A stretch of DNA of 64,000 bases from Takakia lepidozioides. Lineage: Eukaryota; Plantae; Bryophyta. Below are positions 11,315 to 24,284 of the stretch, in pieces (position 1 is the stretch's first letter; every line of letters begins with the position of its first letter). Location: contig CM060731.1 in the NCBI GenBank assembly GCA_030704615.1, forward strand, positions 78,988,001 through 79,052,000, in the 5' to 3' direction. The notes under the pieces were generated by a model. The model was given only the letters and a program-made list of their open reading frames with translations, ran no database searches and was not told where the DNA came from. The position numbers and the translations under genes are program-made.

Positions 11315-13187
11315 GGGTCATTGTCAATCTATACAAGAAGGGTGACAGAGAAGAACCGGGGAACTACCGTGGCATCACGCTCCTCAATGCTGTTGGCAAG
11401 ACATTCTGCAGAGTTATAAGTACTCGTCTCGAGGTTGATCTGGAGTCTAGAGGTTGTTTCCACGAAGGCCAAGCTGGCTTTCGGCGAAACAGGGGCTGTG
11501 TAGATCATATCTTCACTCTAAGCCAGATTATTCAGGGAAGGAAAAAAAAAGGGAAACCCACTTATGTTTTTTTCCTGGATGTCAAAAAGGCTTATGACAC
11601 AGTGTGGAGAGATGGCCTATGGTTCCGCCTCTGGTCTTGTGGGATCAAGGGAAAGATGTGGAGAGTTGTCCACAACTTGTATGCTCACACCAAAAGCTGT
11701 GTCACTGTTAACGGACAGAAGTCCAACTTCTTTGACATAGACCAAGGTGTAGCTCAAGGATGTACTCTCTCCCCTCTGCTCTTCAATGTTTTCATCAATC
11801 AACTTCTCGAGGATGTGGAAAGTGAGGGATTTGGGTTAAGAGTGGGTGATACCACCATACCAGCCCTTATGTTTGCGGATGACTTCGCAGGCATAGGGGA
11901 GACTCCAACCAATCTCCAGGAGTTGATTGATTGCGCGAAGAGATACTTTGATCTTTGGGGGCTAGAGGCTAATGTCAGCAAATGTGCAGTGGTAGCATTC
12001 AACGACAGAGGAGAGGGAGGAAGTGATCTTAAGTGGCAGTGGGGTAGCCAAGAGATCCGGGTCCTCCCTTCCTACACTTACCTGGGCATTGAGTTTTCCT
12101 CCAATTGTAATTGGGATGCACATATCCGGAAAGTTGTTCAAACTGGCAAGGGCAAAGCTCTGGGGCTCACTAAATTTTTCCACTGCAGAGGGGTCAACTC
12201 TGAGGTTAAGAAAACCATGCTTTGTCACGTTATTAGACCTGCCTTGGAGTACGGATCTGCTATATGGGTTGATAACTCCAACCAGGCTAAGTCTCTAGAA
12301 TCCATTCAAGTGGGGGTGCTTAAGGAGTGTATGTCAGCATGCTCCAAAACAGCCAATGTGGCTGTTCGGGGTGAGTTTGGCATTCCATCCTTAAGCTCCC
12401 GACGAGATGAATTCAAGGTCAGATGGTGCGGTCAGCTGCAACATATGCCCAACACCAGATATCCTAAGTTAATCGACTCTATATCTTGGAAACAGGACCG
12501 CCCTGTCAAACAGGCTAAGTCCTGGCAGAAGAGAGTAGAAGAGATTCTCAAGGACCTGGACCTGGATCCGCAAGTCTTGACCCTGCTGGATAAATCTGAC
12601 TTAGAGGCTGTAGTGTCCAAAGCCATGTCTGTTGCCATGAGATTGTCTGATGAAAATGAAGTTAGGCAGAAAACTTCCCTGAACTTGTTTCCAGTCAGTG
12701 ACATGGGGGAGGACATCTTGGATGACCTCAAGGGTCTACCCACTCTCGGCACTAGACTGAAATTTAAACTCAGGGCAGGAAGCCTACCTTTGAACAGCAA
12801 ACAGAAGCAGAGAGGAAAGGGAGAGTGCAATTGCCCGTTGTGTGGGCAATCTGAAGACAGTATTCATTTTCTGATACACTGTCCGGGGTTCTCTCACCAA
12901 AGAGACGCTCTCTTCAACTCTATCAAGGGAATTGTGCCTGTACCCCTGTTTACCAACTTTGAAAGTCTCGAGGCTGAGCCAAAAGCCGCCCTCCTGAGGC
13001 CTAGTTTTTGGGCAAATCACACACAGCAGATTGATGCTTGTGTGAAGGGATTTCTAGAGGATATCTGGAAAACCCGGATTAATTCTTTATATGAAGGTAA
13101 GTCTTACTACCAACGTCAGCCCCTGACAGAGGTAGGTTCTGTTCCTTTTGTTCCCGCTCAAACTGGGCGCGGGGTCAATGGCCACAA

Positions 13188-13191
<4 letters not shown>
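11313..13191 (+). mobile_element. 5'-truncated non-LTR retrotransposon (LINE; clade not determined) in BUB3 intron 4, antisense to the gene
   Basis: Open frame from 11314: YKKGD..NYRGITLL, QAGFR, FLDVKKAYD, GVAQGCTLSPLLF, FADD, YTYLG, C-terminal CPLC...H...C finger. No stop or frameshift; endonuclease absent. Confidence 0.95.

Positions 13192-13233
<42 letters not shown>
13190..13233. repeat. (CT)n microsatellite, right flank of LINE
   Basis: Perfect CT run. Confidence 0.98.
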
Positions 13234-13236
<3 letters not shown>

Positions 13237-13828
13237 CTAGACTGAAGCCCAGGCCCTTCTGAGGCCTAGTTTTTGGGCAAATCATACACAGCAGATTGAT
13301 GCTTGTGTGAAGGGATTTCTAGAGGACATCTGGAAAACCCGGATCAATTTTTTGTATCAGGGTAAGTCTTACTACCAACATCAGCCCCTGACAGAGGTAG
13401 TTTCTGTCCTTTGTGTTCCGCTCAAACTGGGCGCGGGGTCAATGGCCACAAGGCTACGGCAAAACAACGTCTTATGAGTACATTCTCCACTAGACTGAAA
13501 TTTAAGCTCAGTGCAGGGAGTCTAGCTTTGAACAATAAACACATGGAGATAGTCAATGCCCAATATGTGGGCGGCCTGAAGACCATATCCATTTTCTGAT
13601 ACAATGTCCAGGATATTCTCATCAGAAAGTGACCCTCTTCAGCACCTGTTAGGTGGGCAGCTCACACAAAGCAGATTGATGCTTGTGCGAAGGACTTTTT
13701 GGAGGCAAACCCGAACCAATTCTTTACACCAAGGTAAGTCCAACTACTGGAGTAAGCCCCTCACAAAGGTAGTGTCTGTTCCGCCCAAACTGGGTGCAGG
13801 GTGAATGGCCACAAGGCTACGGCAAAAA
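13234..13828 (+). mobile_element. Two tandem 3'-end fragments of the same LINE
   Basis: Both (13234-13465, ~13487-13828) start ccactagactgaa, end aatggccacaaggctacggcaaaa, and are followed by cgtcttatga(g/a)tacattctc. Confidence 0.88.
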
Positions 13829-16753
13829 CCGTCTTATGAATACATTCTCTCAGTCTCTCCATGGTCGATGCGAAGGTGATATGCAACCACAAACCTACCT
13901 GTGCCATTGGGGAGGCACCGGACACAACATGTATTCTGTTTGAGAGAGGATTTGCGGTGCTGCTCTGCACGTGGCATATGACGTAGATCATAGACAGTGA
14001 TGTGGCATCCTGCAGTGGCCACCACCAGGCAGTGTCCAACCAGTGACATACTGTACACACGGTCGGACTGCACATACGTCCCAACCCTAGTACCCCCTCT
14101 TGCATCCCAGCAGCCCACTGTTTTGTCCCAGCTTCCTGTCACAACTTGGCCTGATCTTGCCCACAATGCAACTGTGGTTAGTAACATGTCTGGCATTGAA
14201 GACCTCGGTAAACTTGAGTGTCCATACAATTGCCCTAGACCTAACGAAGACTAGGCTAACATTTGAGGATGACCACCCCCAAAACAGCAGCACCAAAAAT
14301 GAGCTGATGCATGTCACATGTGACACAGGCCTTCAGCACCAATCAAAGAGATGATTTTATTTCAGCTCACCTGTTGCATGTGAGTACTCTACGCATGGCA
14401 CAAGTGCGTCATGCATTCCTAAAAGATCCTCTCTTCCCGTGTTGAAGTCATACCTGCACGAACAGAGCCACTTAGAGACAACACCACTTGCCAGATACCG
14501 GAAGCACCAGATAGTGCACTGCAACGGACAAACATAGAAACGACAGAGGAAACAGCTCAGTACGGAAGGAGTGCATGGGTTATCAATATTTCGTTATACA
14601 GTACAACAGTAGGACTTGATGGCGAATTCTATAAAGTATTTAATCGTTCATGCATATCTCACCTTAGTCGATTCCCAAGAACACAAGTGAATGTCCAATC
14701 TGTCTAGCGTATAAGGGAGCCGAGAGATTAATGACCAGTTGGGAGCAAATGGCATCAAGCATTTCCAACTGTTAGCAGTGACACTGCTGAATACATAAGC
14801 GGCCATGCCAGTAACTTGGTAGTGCTTTAACATAAGAGGGATACCACTTGAACTGCTCAAAAGTCTGGACAGAATGCGCACATGGAATTAGAGCAAACAT
14901 GTCAAAGAGTCAACAAGAAGTACCTACAGACAGTGCCATATCCGGCACTGAAACCTGAAGAATCATCGCGGAAGCAACAGTCCAGCACAGGTCCTCTGTC
15001 TGAAAACTGGCCCTTCAGTACATTCGCACTTGCATCATACAGGCGCACCTTCTGCATCCATTCTCCTCCCCATCACTATAGCACATCTGTGCGCCAGACA
15101 AGCAAGAATCACCGGACCCTATGCATTGTGAGAATTATTCCCTCTTTTCTGCAAAAGCTTGAACGGATGCCTCGTCTACCTACAGAAAGATCACAGAGCC
15201 GATACAACATACTTACAGTGTCCCAGGAGGAAACCAGAAGGTGATCGCTATTGTCAGAGAAGCGCAGATTTGAAATACTATCGGAGGGTGGCGACTCCAG
15301 CTCCATCCCTGCCCCTGCTCTTTGGCCCCTTCCTATCATTTCTCCCTTCTTCCTCCCTCTCCCTTCTTCCTCGCAAACCAGTGTGCTCGAGGAAGACGGA
15401 GAGAGCGGGGACGACAAGTTTGAAATGGCCCAGTCTCGATGGTTTCGAACTCAAATCGTCTGAGTTTTGGTTTTCCACAACTCTAAGACGCTGTCAGCAA
15501 TAGTATTCTAGTGACGATAGAAGGTGGGAGACTAGTGACATTGTAACTTAGTGACGGAGGAGGTTGGGTAAGTAGCGTGTGAGTTGGCCAACTCACACGA
15601 GCACAGAGGCATCTTCCGCATATTCCACAAGAATGTGTAGAATATGCGATGGTGAAACCAAAATGTGCTCATGCGAAAAAACATAGGAAGCTATCTATAA
15701 ACCATGCTCACGCGACAAATCTTATGAAATTAATCGGCCACGTGAGCACATAGACCCACAAATATATCTGCCAGAACTCAAAGGTCAGCGAACGAAACAA
15801 TGAGGCATTTTGGTCCAACATTGTGTGTAGAACATCCCCAAGAACCACCCCAAAAATGGGTTTCGCCAATGTATCTTGGATTTCGCCAGCGAAACTTGGG
15901 TTTCGTTGGCAAAATTAGGGTTTTTTTTCTTTTCTTTTCTTTTCTTAAGGTTTCTCCCTTTGAAGCTCCTTTTGTATGTTTAAGATTATAGACACCATGT
16001 AGATCCTATTAACGCAGAAAGACCCTATGTCCATTATTTCCGCCAGCATACATATCACCCTCGTAACCGTGGATCATGTTCATGCGGAGTTTTTTTTGTG
16101 TTCACGCCGTTCCTACTCACACTCTACTCATGCCATGTCAATCCCCTAGTGACGGACTCAACTTAAGTCTACTAGATCTACTTTTATAGATAAACTCAAA
16201 ACAATATCCGTAGAATGAATTGGTTGATTACAATCCTCACTTACCACCAAGATACTCAGAATGCGGATTGTGAGATAAAGAAGAGAGGAAGAAATAACGG
16301 ATATAAGGTAGAGGTTAGGGCTCTGTGATTGGCGATGTCTGTGCCATAGGGACTTAGGTTTTTCTCTGTCTTTTTCTCTGTCAGCCTGCTTAGTTATGTT
16401 AGGATCGCACTTTCTTTAGGTCATTGTCTGCGGAGCAGATATTGTTGTTCCCCTTCCACTCATGTTTAGCATGATGGTGTTGAAGAGCTTTTTTTGTTGT
16501 TGTGGTTTTTGTGTTTTGTTTGTTTGTTGAGGGTTTAGGCATCTTTTTCTCGATTTGTTTGGCTCTCCTTGTTATCGGGGCTGGCTTGGTTACTACTGCA
16601 ACGAACTGTTATCTAAGAGGTTGAGTAATACGCACGCGCGCTCCAAGGCATATTTTGCATATTCTCTGTAGAATACCTAGAAAATATTCCATAGCAAAAC
16701 AATTATTTGCGAAACTGATAAATCTTTTTTCCATTGTTCACATGAGGCTTGAG

Positions 16754-18762
16754 GCCTCTCATTTTAAGATAATAGGGTCTTCAATGCGCACGTGCGATGT
16801 GGCCGGTGGGCCCCGCGCACGGACGCCCAGCTCCCCAGCACCCCGCCGCTACGCGCGGTCGCCCAGCCGCGGGCGCGGCTGCAGCAACCGCGCCCGCGCC
16901 CCCGTCCGCCGCGCGGCCAGTCCCCCGCCCACGAGTCCGCTGCCCTCCAGTCCGCTGCTGGCCAGTCGGCTGCCCAGCAGTCTGCCAGTCCGCCTGCCAG
17001 TCCGCTGGCCAGTCCCCTGCCATCCAGTTCATCGGCTCGGTGAGGTTCTCACTTGCTGCGGTGTTTCCATTCCATTCTGTGTCCTCTTCTTGCTTAGGGT
17101 GAGTCTTTTCATATGACTTATATCTGTCGCTCTGTCGCTCATTGTCCTTGCACCTTCGTTTCATTCTGCAGCGATGGAGGATGCTTGTGAAAAGGGTGGA
17201 GCGGACTGGTTGGATTTTGTGCACCAAACCAGACTGAAGAAGGAGCGAAGGTACTGGTACTCACCAGACGAGTTTGATCATAAAATAGTGGAAGCATTTG
17301 TAGACCTCCGCGCCCGGAAGCCCAAAAACTCAAATTGGCAGAAGGACAAGCTCTTATGTCCCTTCTGTGAAGAGGTAATCAAGGACAAAATCCAACTAAA
17401 TCGGCATTGTGTTGACATGGGTTGCAAAGGAGACTGTTGCAATGATTCCACGGGATTTCAAGCCTTGGCCGATACTGAAAGAAATGTCGATTGTCAAAGA
17501 GGCCACAATGCGCTTGCGCTGATCAGTGCTTGCCCCCCGCACTTTGGAATTAGACGAAGTGCGCGCACGGTATGGCGTCCATTGTGGTGGCCCGTCAATG
17601 GAGGATTTGCAAGTGCAGGGAACGCCGGACGCTCCCAGAAAACGTAAACTGAGTGATGGGGCCCAAAAAAAAAAAAGGCAAAAAAAGGAGAAGGCTGCAA
17701 GGTCTGCTCGCGAGGCAAGGGCAAAATCCACGCAACAGACTGAACCCCGTCCTGGGCGGCAGACCCACACCATCAGTACTGATACTGAAAGTGAATCTGC
17801 TCAGGGCCTGGAAGGGGTGACAAGTGCAGTGGACATTGACTTGCCTGACCAGACTCGGCAGCAGACTCACACAAATATCGCGACCCATGCCATCGATTTA
17901 GGGTCAAAACCAAAAACTCAACAGAGCACTGAAGGGCCAGTCTGCCCTGGCACATTGCGCCTCGTTGACTTTGGGCTTTTCCCACCAGAGTGCCCACCAA
18001 TTGGGGATCCAAACTTCTTCCGTTATTTCTACAGAGTTGCCCAGTCAGGTCTGCTATGCACATTCATCCGACAAGCAGAACAGAACTGGTTGAACAGCTT
18101 TGAAGATGAAGATGACGATGATGAAGTAGAGGAGATAATGGTCAGTCTAACCGCCCAGTCTGTTCTCTGTGCTGTTTGAGTCCATCATCGGGGTCACGTT
18201 GCCTATTCAGTCTGGTCAGTCCGCTGCGTTCTCTCCTCAGTCCGCTGGCTCACTCCGCTCGTCAATTAGTCTGTTTTATATCGCTGCATTACTTACTGAG
18301 TCCGTTTGTCAATCCACTGGTATAGTCTACTAGTTGCCTCCACCCTACGTACGCACGTTACAGTCTGCTGGTCTGTGAGTCCAGTCCGCTGCATGAGGTG
18401 AATATAGAGTCCACGTCCATGTTCCTGACGTCGAAGTTCTCTGCCGTGTACCAGGATGAACGTGTTTCTATTCGTAGGGCCATTCAGGCTTGGCGGATAC
18501 CTAGCAATGATGCTCCTTTACAAGCGACTGCAGTGTGTGCGGAAATGGACCACGTGCGAGAGTACATATTATTGAAGTATCCTGGGTCATCTGCTACTAT
18601 AGCGACATTACATATTCAAGACGCGTCGGGAGGGAATGCGTCTGGGACAGCCGAGTCTGCCATCCAGCAGACTCCCTTCAGCAGCCTGTCATCCAGCAGA
18701 CTCCAATGGAGCAGACTCCCAACGAGCAGCCTGTCATCCTGCAGACTCCTCTCCAGGAGCCC
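16754..18762 (+). mobile_element. Truncated, internally deleted copy of the MULE (one TIR plus the 5' part of its second gene)
   Basis: 16754-~17025 is the reverse complement of the TIR ending at 63933. ~17030-18762 is near-identical to the reverse complement of ~62035-60265 (MEDACEKGGADW...), with a frameshift near 17430. About 1.5 kb between TIR and gene is missing. Confidence 0.93.
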
Positions 18763-19574
18763 AATATCCTTTCACCCAGTTTTTTTTTTTTTTTTTAATT
18801 GTCACAAAAAATCCAGAATTTTACTTCAAAATTTAATGTAATAAAGGGATTTGTCTACGGTATAATGTATCCATCCTTGTGAAGTTTCTCATATTTCATC
18901 CAGCTCTAATCCATCAGGATGAAATCAAGTAAAGATCACCTAAAGTTCAAATATGATTCCAGTGATACACATGGATTGATGTTGAGACCATAATCTTAAC
19001 AGTGGCTATGACATTTGAACCTTCTTAGAACTTGTACTCTTTAGATCCAAGTGATGTTGCGGCTTCAAATGAGTTCGTGGCTAATGAAAATTAATTTTTT
19101 TTTGGGTCCGGCATTTGACTTATGCATGGAATGTCCTTGTTTATGTACATGCTTTGAAATTATACCAAACATAATACCACTATAAGAGTATCAACGTATA
19201 AGAATTTCATATATTAAACCCCACCGAACACACATCCCAATTTCAACATGATACATTTGTAAGAGTATCGAAACAATATTATTTTCAATCATTCTCAAGA
19301 TGGACGGTTAATATCCTGTCATCCACACCCTTCAAAACTTCACAGATTTGTTTGCGTGGAAATAAAAATGCATCTCATTGCATTCAACGACAAAGATTGT
19401 TGGGATGTTGGGATTATTCAACTGATCGAATGTTGTGGTCAAACCATTTTCTCCATGCAATTTTGAAATACAGTTACAAATTGGGGTAAAATAATTATTT
19501 AAAATCGGGTCTAATTAACTGTTGCAAAATAATAATAATAATAATAAATGTGTTAGGAAACAAAGGGTTTTACA

Positions 19575-20690
19575 ATCAATATATGAATCGAGACGTTTGT
19601 TTTGTTTTGATTTGTAGCGTCGTTGAGATCTCCCAAACCGCGGGGCCCCGGCGCGGGTGCTTGGTGCCGTTGGAAAGCCCTCGATGAGGAGGGGTGCACC
19701 GGCTTGGTCTCATGATTTCTAGACCCGCAGTGTGGGAGATCTGGAATTCCAAGTGCTTTTGGTCGTTGGAAATTCACAAAAAATAGCAAAAATGGCAAAG
19801 TGGGCATTCGTGGGACAATGGTTGGAGCCTCGACAGGAGAGATATCAAGGGAAAGGTCTCCAGTTCAAATCTGGTCGTAGGCTCTCTGGAAAAAAAAAAA
19901 TGATTAGATACGGGATTGCACTTGGACTTAGATGACATTTGGGCCTATACATGGGAGATGCATTTGGATACATGAATACAAGATTGCACTTGGGGTTAGA
20001 TTTCTATTCTTCACACATGGGCCAACGGCATAGGCTACACTAGAGGTCGCACTTTGGCCTCGACATAGGAGACCCACTTGGATACACAAGAAATTGCACT
20101 TGGGCTTAGATTTCAATTCTTCACACATGGGCCTTGACATAGGAGACACTACTTGAATACATAGGGGATTGCACTTGGACTTAGATATCAATTCTTAACA
20201 CATGGGCCAATGGCACAGGCTACCCTAGGCCTAGATCTCCCAAAGAGGAGGGTCTCTAGATACATAGGGATGGCACTTGGACTTAGATGACACTGGACAC
20301 TTGGGCCAACGGCACAGGCTACCCTAGTCAATATATGAATTGAAACGTTTGTTTTGTTTTGTTTTGTTTGTTTGTAGCGTCGTTGAGATCTCCCAAACTG
20401 CGGGGCCCCAATCCCGGTGCTTGGTGCCGTTGGAAAGCCCTCGATGAGGAGGGATGCACCGGCTTGGTCTCATGATTTTTGGACTAGCGGATCACATTAC
20501 ATTGTTGCTCTCTGTTCATTCATGTACCACATATTTCTTTGTAACTAAACAAACATCCACCTTCATTTTAGTATATCGATGTCAATTCTTCAGTCACACA
20601 TGGGCATCGACATAGGGGATGCCCTTGGATACATAAGGGATTGGACTTGGGACTGGACACTTGGGCCAACGGCACGGGCTACCCCAGTAT
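19575..20690. repeat. Block of the modular A/B interspersed repeat
   Basis: Module B at ~19595-19890 and ~20345-20490 with module A units between. Confidence 0.88.
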
Positions 20691-22559
20691 TACCTAAAGA
20701 TAGAGTGAAAAAAAATCCAAAATTTTAAAAATATAGCCTAGTATAAATATACCTTTTGTACGCACGTGATATGAAAAAAATACATATAGTGACCTCCCCA
20801 GGTGAAAACATGTAACTCATATAACCGGGGCTGAAAAAAAATAAAACCCCCGTGATCATGGCTTATGTTTATGTTGTGCTAACGTGAGCATGTTCACTCA
20901 CGTTGTGCTCACACGATACCAACCCCTTAACGTAAGATGTACCGACCTACCTAAGGTACCATATCCCTATACTCGGTTAGCTGGCATATTTATGCCAATA
21001 ATTTAAAAAAAAAACCTGATACATTAAGCATGTTCCCCAAACTATATCTTCGCTTTAGACAACTTCATAATATATATTTCTTGTCCTTCTTGTTCACTTG
21101 AAATCATACAAATATAATCTTGAAGCCTATACGTTATCAAATGCTGAAGTCCATGGATTATGGGGTCGTTTACAATGGAGAAGCAAGTGTGGCCATGTAT
21201 ATGGATGGGATGGGCGTAGCATAGCGCGCAATGTTTGTTAGGGTGTAACAAAGTCCAAAATAAGTTACGTCATTGGTTACCTATGTATTGGCCCTATCAA
21301 AATTGTAGGGTTTATTTAATGTGCGCAACAATAACCGTATAATTTGATGTCCAAAAGTCTCGGGGAAGACACTCCCCATATAGTTTAGGGAATCACGTGC
21401 GATAAAGAGGTATTTCTATGGGGGTATTACCTTTTTTTTCCTTTTTTCATCCACCCTATAATTATTTATTTTTGTAATATGCACAATTATCTAGCATGCT
21501 ATTTTTTTTTATTTGACTGTAATCATCAAATATTTGACACCCTATAATAACATAAAAATAAAACAAATCTCTTAGGGTGCCAAATATTTTATTGCTCAAC
21601 GCTCTAATACATCTATCAAACGAATGAGAAAAATTGTTGCATATTTTTAGTGTAGTGAAAAAATATTCCTTAGGTGAGAGAGCGAGGTACCTTATAGCAA
21701 ATGAATAAATCGGAGCTTCCAGCAACACAATGAGATCAACAACTAGCATATCAGAAGACAAAGTGAGAAGAAAATAAAGCAACCCTACACCAAAATGCAT
21801 CCTCCCTAAACCAAGTCATCTCATCCAAGCCGAGTCCAAGTCCCGTCATGTAGGTCCAACTAGTCATTTATGAAGTCTCAATACAAATATATCATAGAAT
21901 GAATAACACATGTCCCTCGCATTGTGACACCCTATGTTAATTTTAAAAAATCTCTAATTGGAACATATATTCATAACCGTATTTTTATTTATATCCGGTA
22001 TCCACAAATAAGGACACCCAATTTTATTTCTAAAAATATTATAAATTTTATTTTCAAAGAATATATGTTACCCTATATTTTTTTTACGTCGGTTGGAAAA
22101 AAATGGAAGTGACTTCCCTTGGCCAAAAGTGGTTGGACAAGCCATGTAACGGATGCGAAGATGAGACCCACTTAGATATCTAGGAAGTTTGTGTAAATGC
22201 GGGATGCCTGGGTTAGTTCTTTGGTTTCTCTTGCAATGTATGACATAGGTCTCGTATGTGTGTTATATTGGCCAAGAATCTAGCCTTGGTTGATATTAGC
22301 CAAAAACAAGTATGTATGCGACAAATGAATAGGGTCATTAGAGGGGTTGGTATTTGGTTGATTAATGGACCCAAGTCAAGCCATCTGGTATGATATGTCG
22401 TTACCCACTATGTTTGTATGAGATTGGACTTTGTCTGTGTGAATTTGTAGCAGCAAAGAAAAAACAATATCCACGATTGCTTTAATAAGGTTAGTGTTAT
22501 ATGGTGGACTTGCGAGGATGGTTTACAACTTTGATTGATGAGATTGTAGAGGGAGACCA

Positions 22560-23800
22560 AGCTATTCGTAATCAGATAGTAGGTTGAAAGAGGTTGATAT
22601 GAAAGAGATTCTAAGGCATCATCTACAACTATGAGCTGTTATGCATGTAAGATGTTATGACAACCAAAGAGACATTTATATGTTTTTGAGTTAACCGTAA
22701 TTAAATTTATTCCATATTCCCTCATGTGCCTCTTTAAAGTATATATATACATTGTTGGGGCGGGAATTTCAATGAAGAGAGGTCTGTGAAATTTGGGATT
22801 GGCATGGCGAAGATTTGTTGCGTTGATGTCCAAAGTGGTCGTGGGGTCACAACTTTATTTGGGTTGATTCAAGGGTATGTGTTGGGTGAATATAGCCGAA
22901 GTGAATACTCCAAGGGAGTATGCTAGTACAGAGCAAATTATAATGGTTTAAGTTTTAGGGTTTATGCGTGCCCACTTAAGTACTTCACTAGCCGTAACTG
23001 CAAACCCACGTCTTCGCCATTGATGAGATCTGGATACCCCAAAGAACTAAAGTATTGGTCTGTTTTGTATAAGTTGGAGTAGCAGCTACTCCATCCCAAT
23101 GGGCATGTAAGAGAACTTAGATCAGTAGTACGAATGGGTGAATTGCAGCTCCATGGTTATAAAGAAGTCTAGAAGGAATGTAGGAATGTTGAGTAGGAGT
23201 GTGCAAGAGAGAGTTACTTATTGTTTTAGGGTGTTCGGGTAGCTGGAGGTCTTGTGCATAACGATGAAGGAGTATGGAGATATGCAATGCAAATGTAGAC
23301 AGCCTGTGGGGGCATAAGCGGTGGAGAGGGTTGAAATGGAGCTTTTCCTATAGCTAAACCAATCTTTGTAGTGTAATGTTTCCAATGTAAGGTATCACAA
23401 GTGGAAATCATGTGGGTCAATAAGTCTAGAGCCACTTGATTTATATGTAAGCTATAAGATTGTCGGTATATTGTATTGCATAAAGAATTTGAGAGTGGCT
23501 TATTTACGGGGTTTAACATCTGTGTTCAAAAGATGTATTGTGGGCTTGAATCCTAGGCATTTTCCAGGGATGAAGTTGGATGTTAGTTGGTGCATCTGTG
23601 TTCAAAGTGCAGATGTGCTATGTTTGAGTATTAAGAGAGTTCTAGTGAGTAGGAAGGGGGTGCATGCAATGGGTTTGATGGTCGGCATGTGTGTTAGGCC
23701 ACAATATTTAGAGGCAACATGCTTAAGAAGGCCTTGATAGATATTTCCCAATTTACCAACATCATTTAAAGCTTTGGCTTGCCATAGCCTAAGAAAATGT
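22560..23800 (-). mobile_element. Highly degenerate LINE-like RT remnant
   Basis: Broken minus-strand remnants in RT order (DTLHW, QGC-like, LG-like). Many stops; boundaries approximate. Confidence 0.3.
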
Positions 23801-23817
23801 TTGCATGCACAGGAACC

Positions 23818-24033
23818 AGCTTGTTTTTACAACGGAAATCATAGAGAGGTATGAGCGCGCAACTTTGTTTAATTTACAACGGGAATCACAGAGAGGTATG
23901 AGCACTCAACCTTGTTTTTACAATGAGAATCACAAAGAGGTATGAGTGGTCAACCTTGTTTTTAGAGCGGAAATCATAGAGAGGTATGAGCACTCAACCT
24001 TGCTTTTACAATGGGAATCACAGAGAGGTATGC
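23818..24033. repeat. Minisatellite, ~44-bp unit x ~5
   Basis: Unit ttgtttttacaa(t/c)gggaatcacagagaggtatgagcactcaacc. Confidence 0.92.
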
Positions 24034-24284
24034 AGCTAAGCACTCACTTTAAAAACTAGAGCTACCCAATAAATAACGCCCCTTCCATCATGAGCGTGAA
24101 ACTAAAGCTCGTTAACTTACAAGATGTAGCTTTTGCTTGTAGGTTGTGCCCCTAAATGCACGGAACAACGCAGCCACGGTTGGCTATATTTAGAGATTGC
24201 AGAATTGCGTATGCGCTGGGATTGGCACGTCTTGTGATTCATCTTGAGCTGCACTTTGAATAGGAGAGATTAGCAATTGGTCCC

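Larger units (their letters stand above)
9509..15339 (-). pseudogene. BUB3: Mitotic checkpoint WD40 protein BUB3, 9 exons, with an in-frame TAG formed at the exon 5/6 junction (probable pseudogene or null allele)
   Basis: GT-AG exons 15339-15217, 15051-14924, 14453-14371, 14150-13899, 11111-11036, 10752-10675, 10462-10384, 10094-9994, 9593-9509. They give [61 protein letters not shown] and EVKPKPK. The exon 5/6 junction reads aac ta|g tac. Confidence 0.9.
15566..20926. mobile_element. Possible old TIR DNA transposon holding nested insertions, just upstream of BUB3
   Basis: Imperfect 18-bp inverted ends gggtaagtagcgtgtgag / ctcacacgataccaaccc with subterminal gtgagca/tgctcac motifs at both ends. 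No convincing TSD. Confidence 0.35.

Noticed and set aside
18830-19500. Possible decayed transposase remnant
   Set aside because: No continuous frame or diagnostic motif that I could support.
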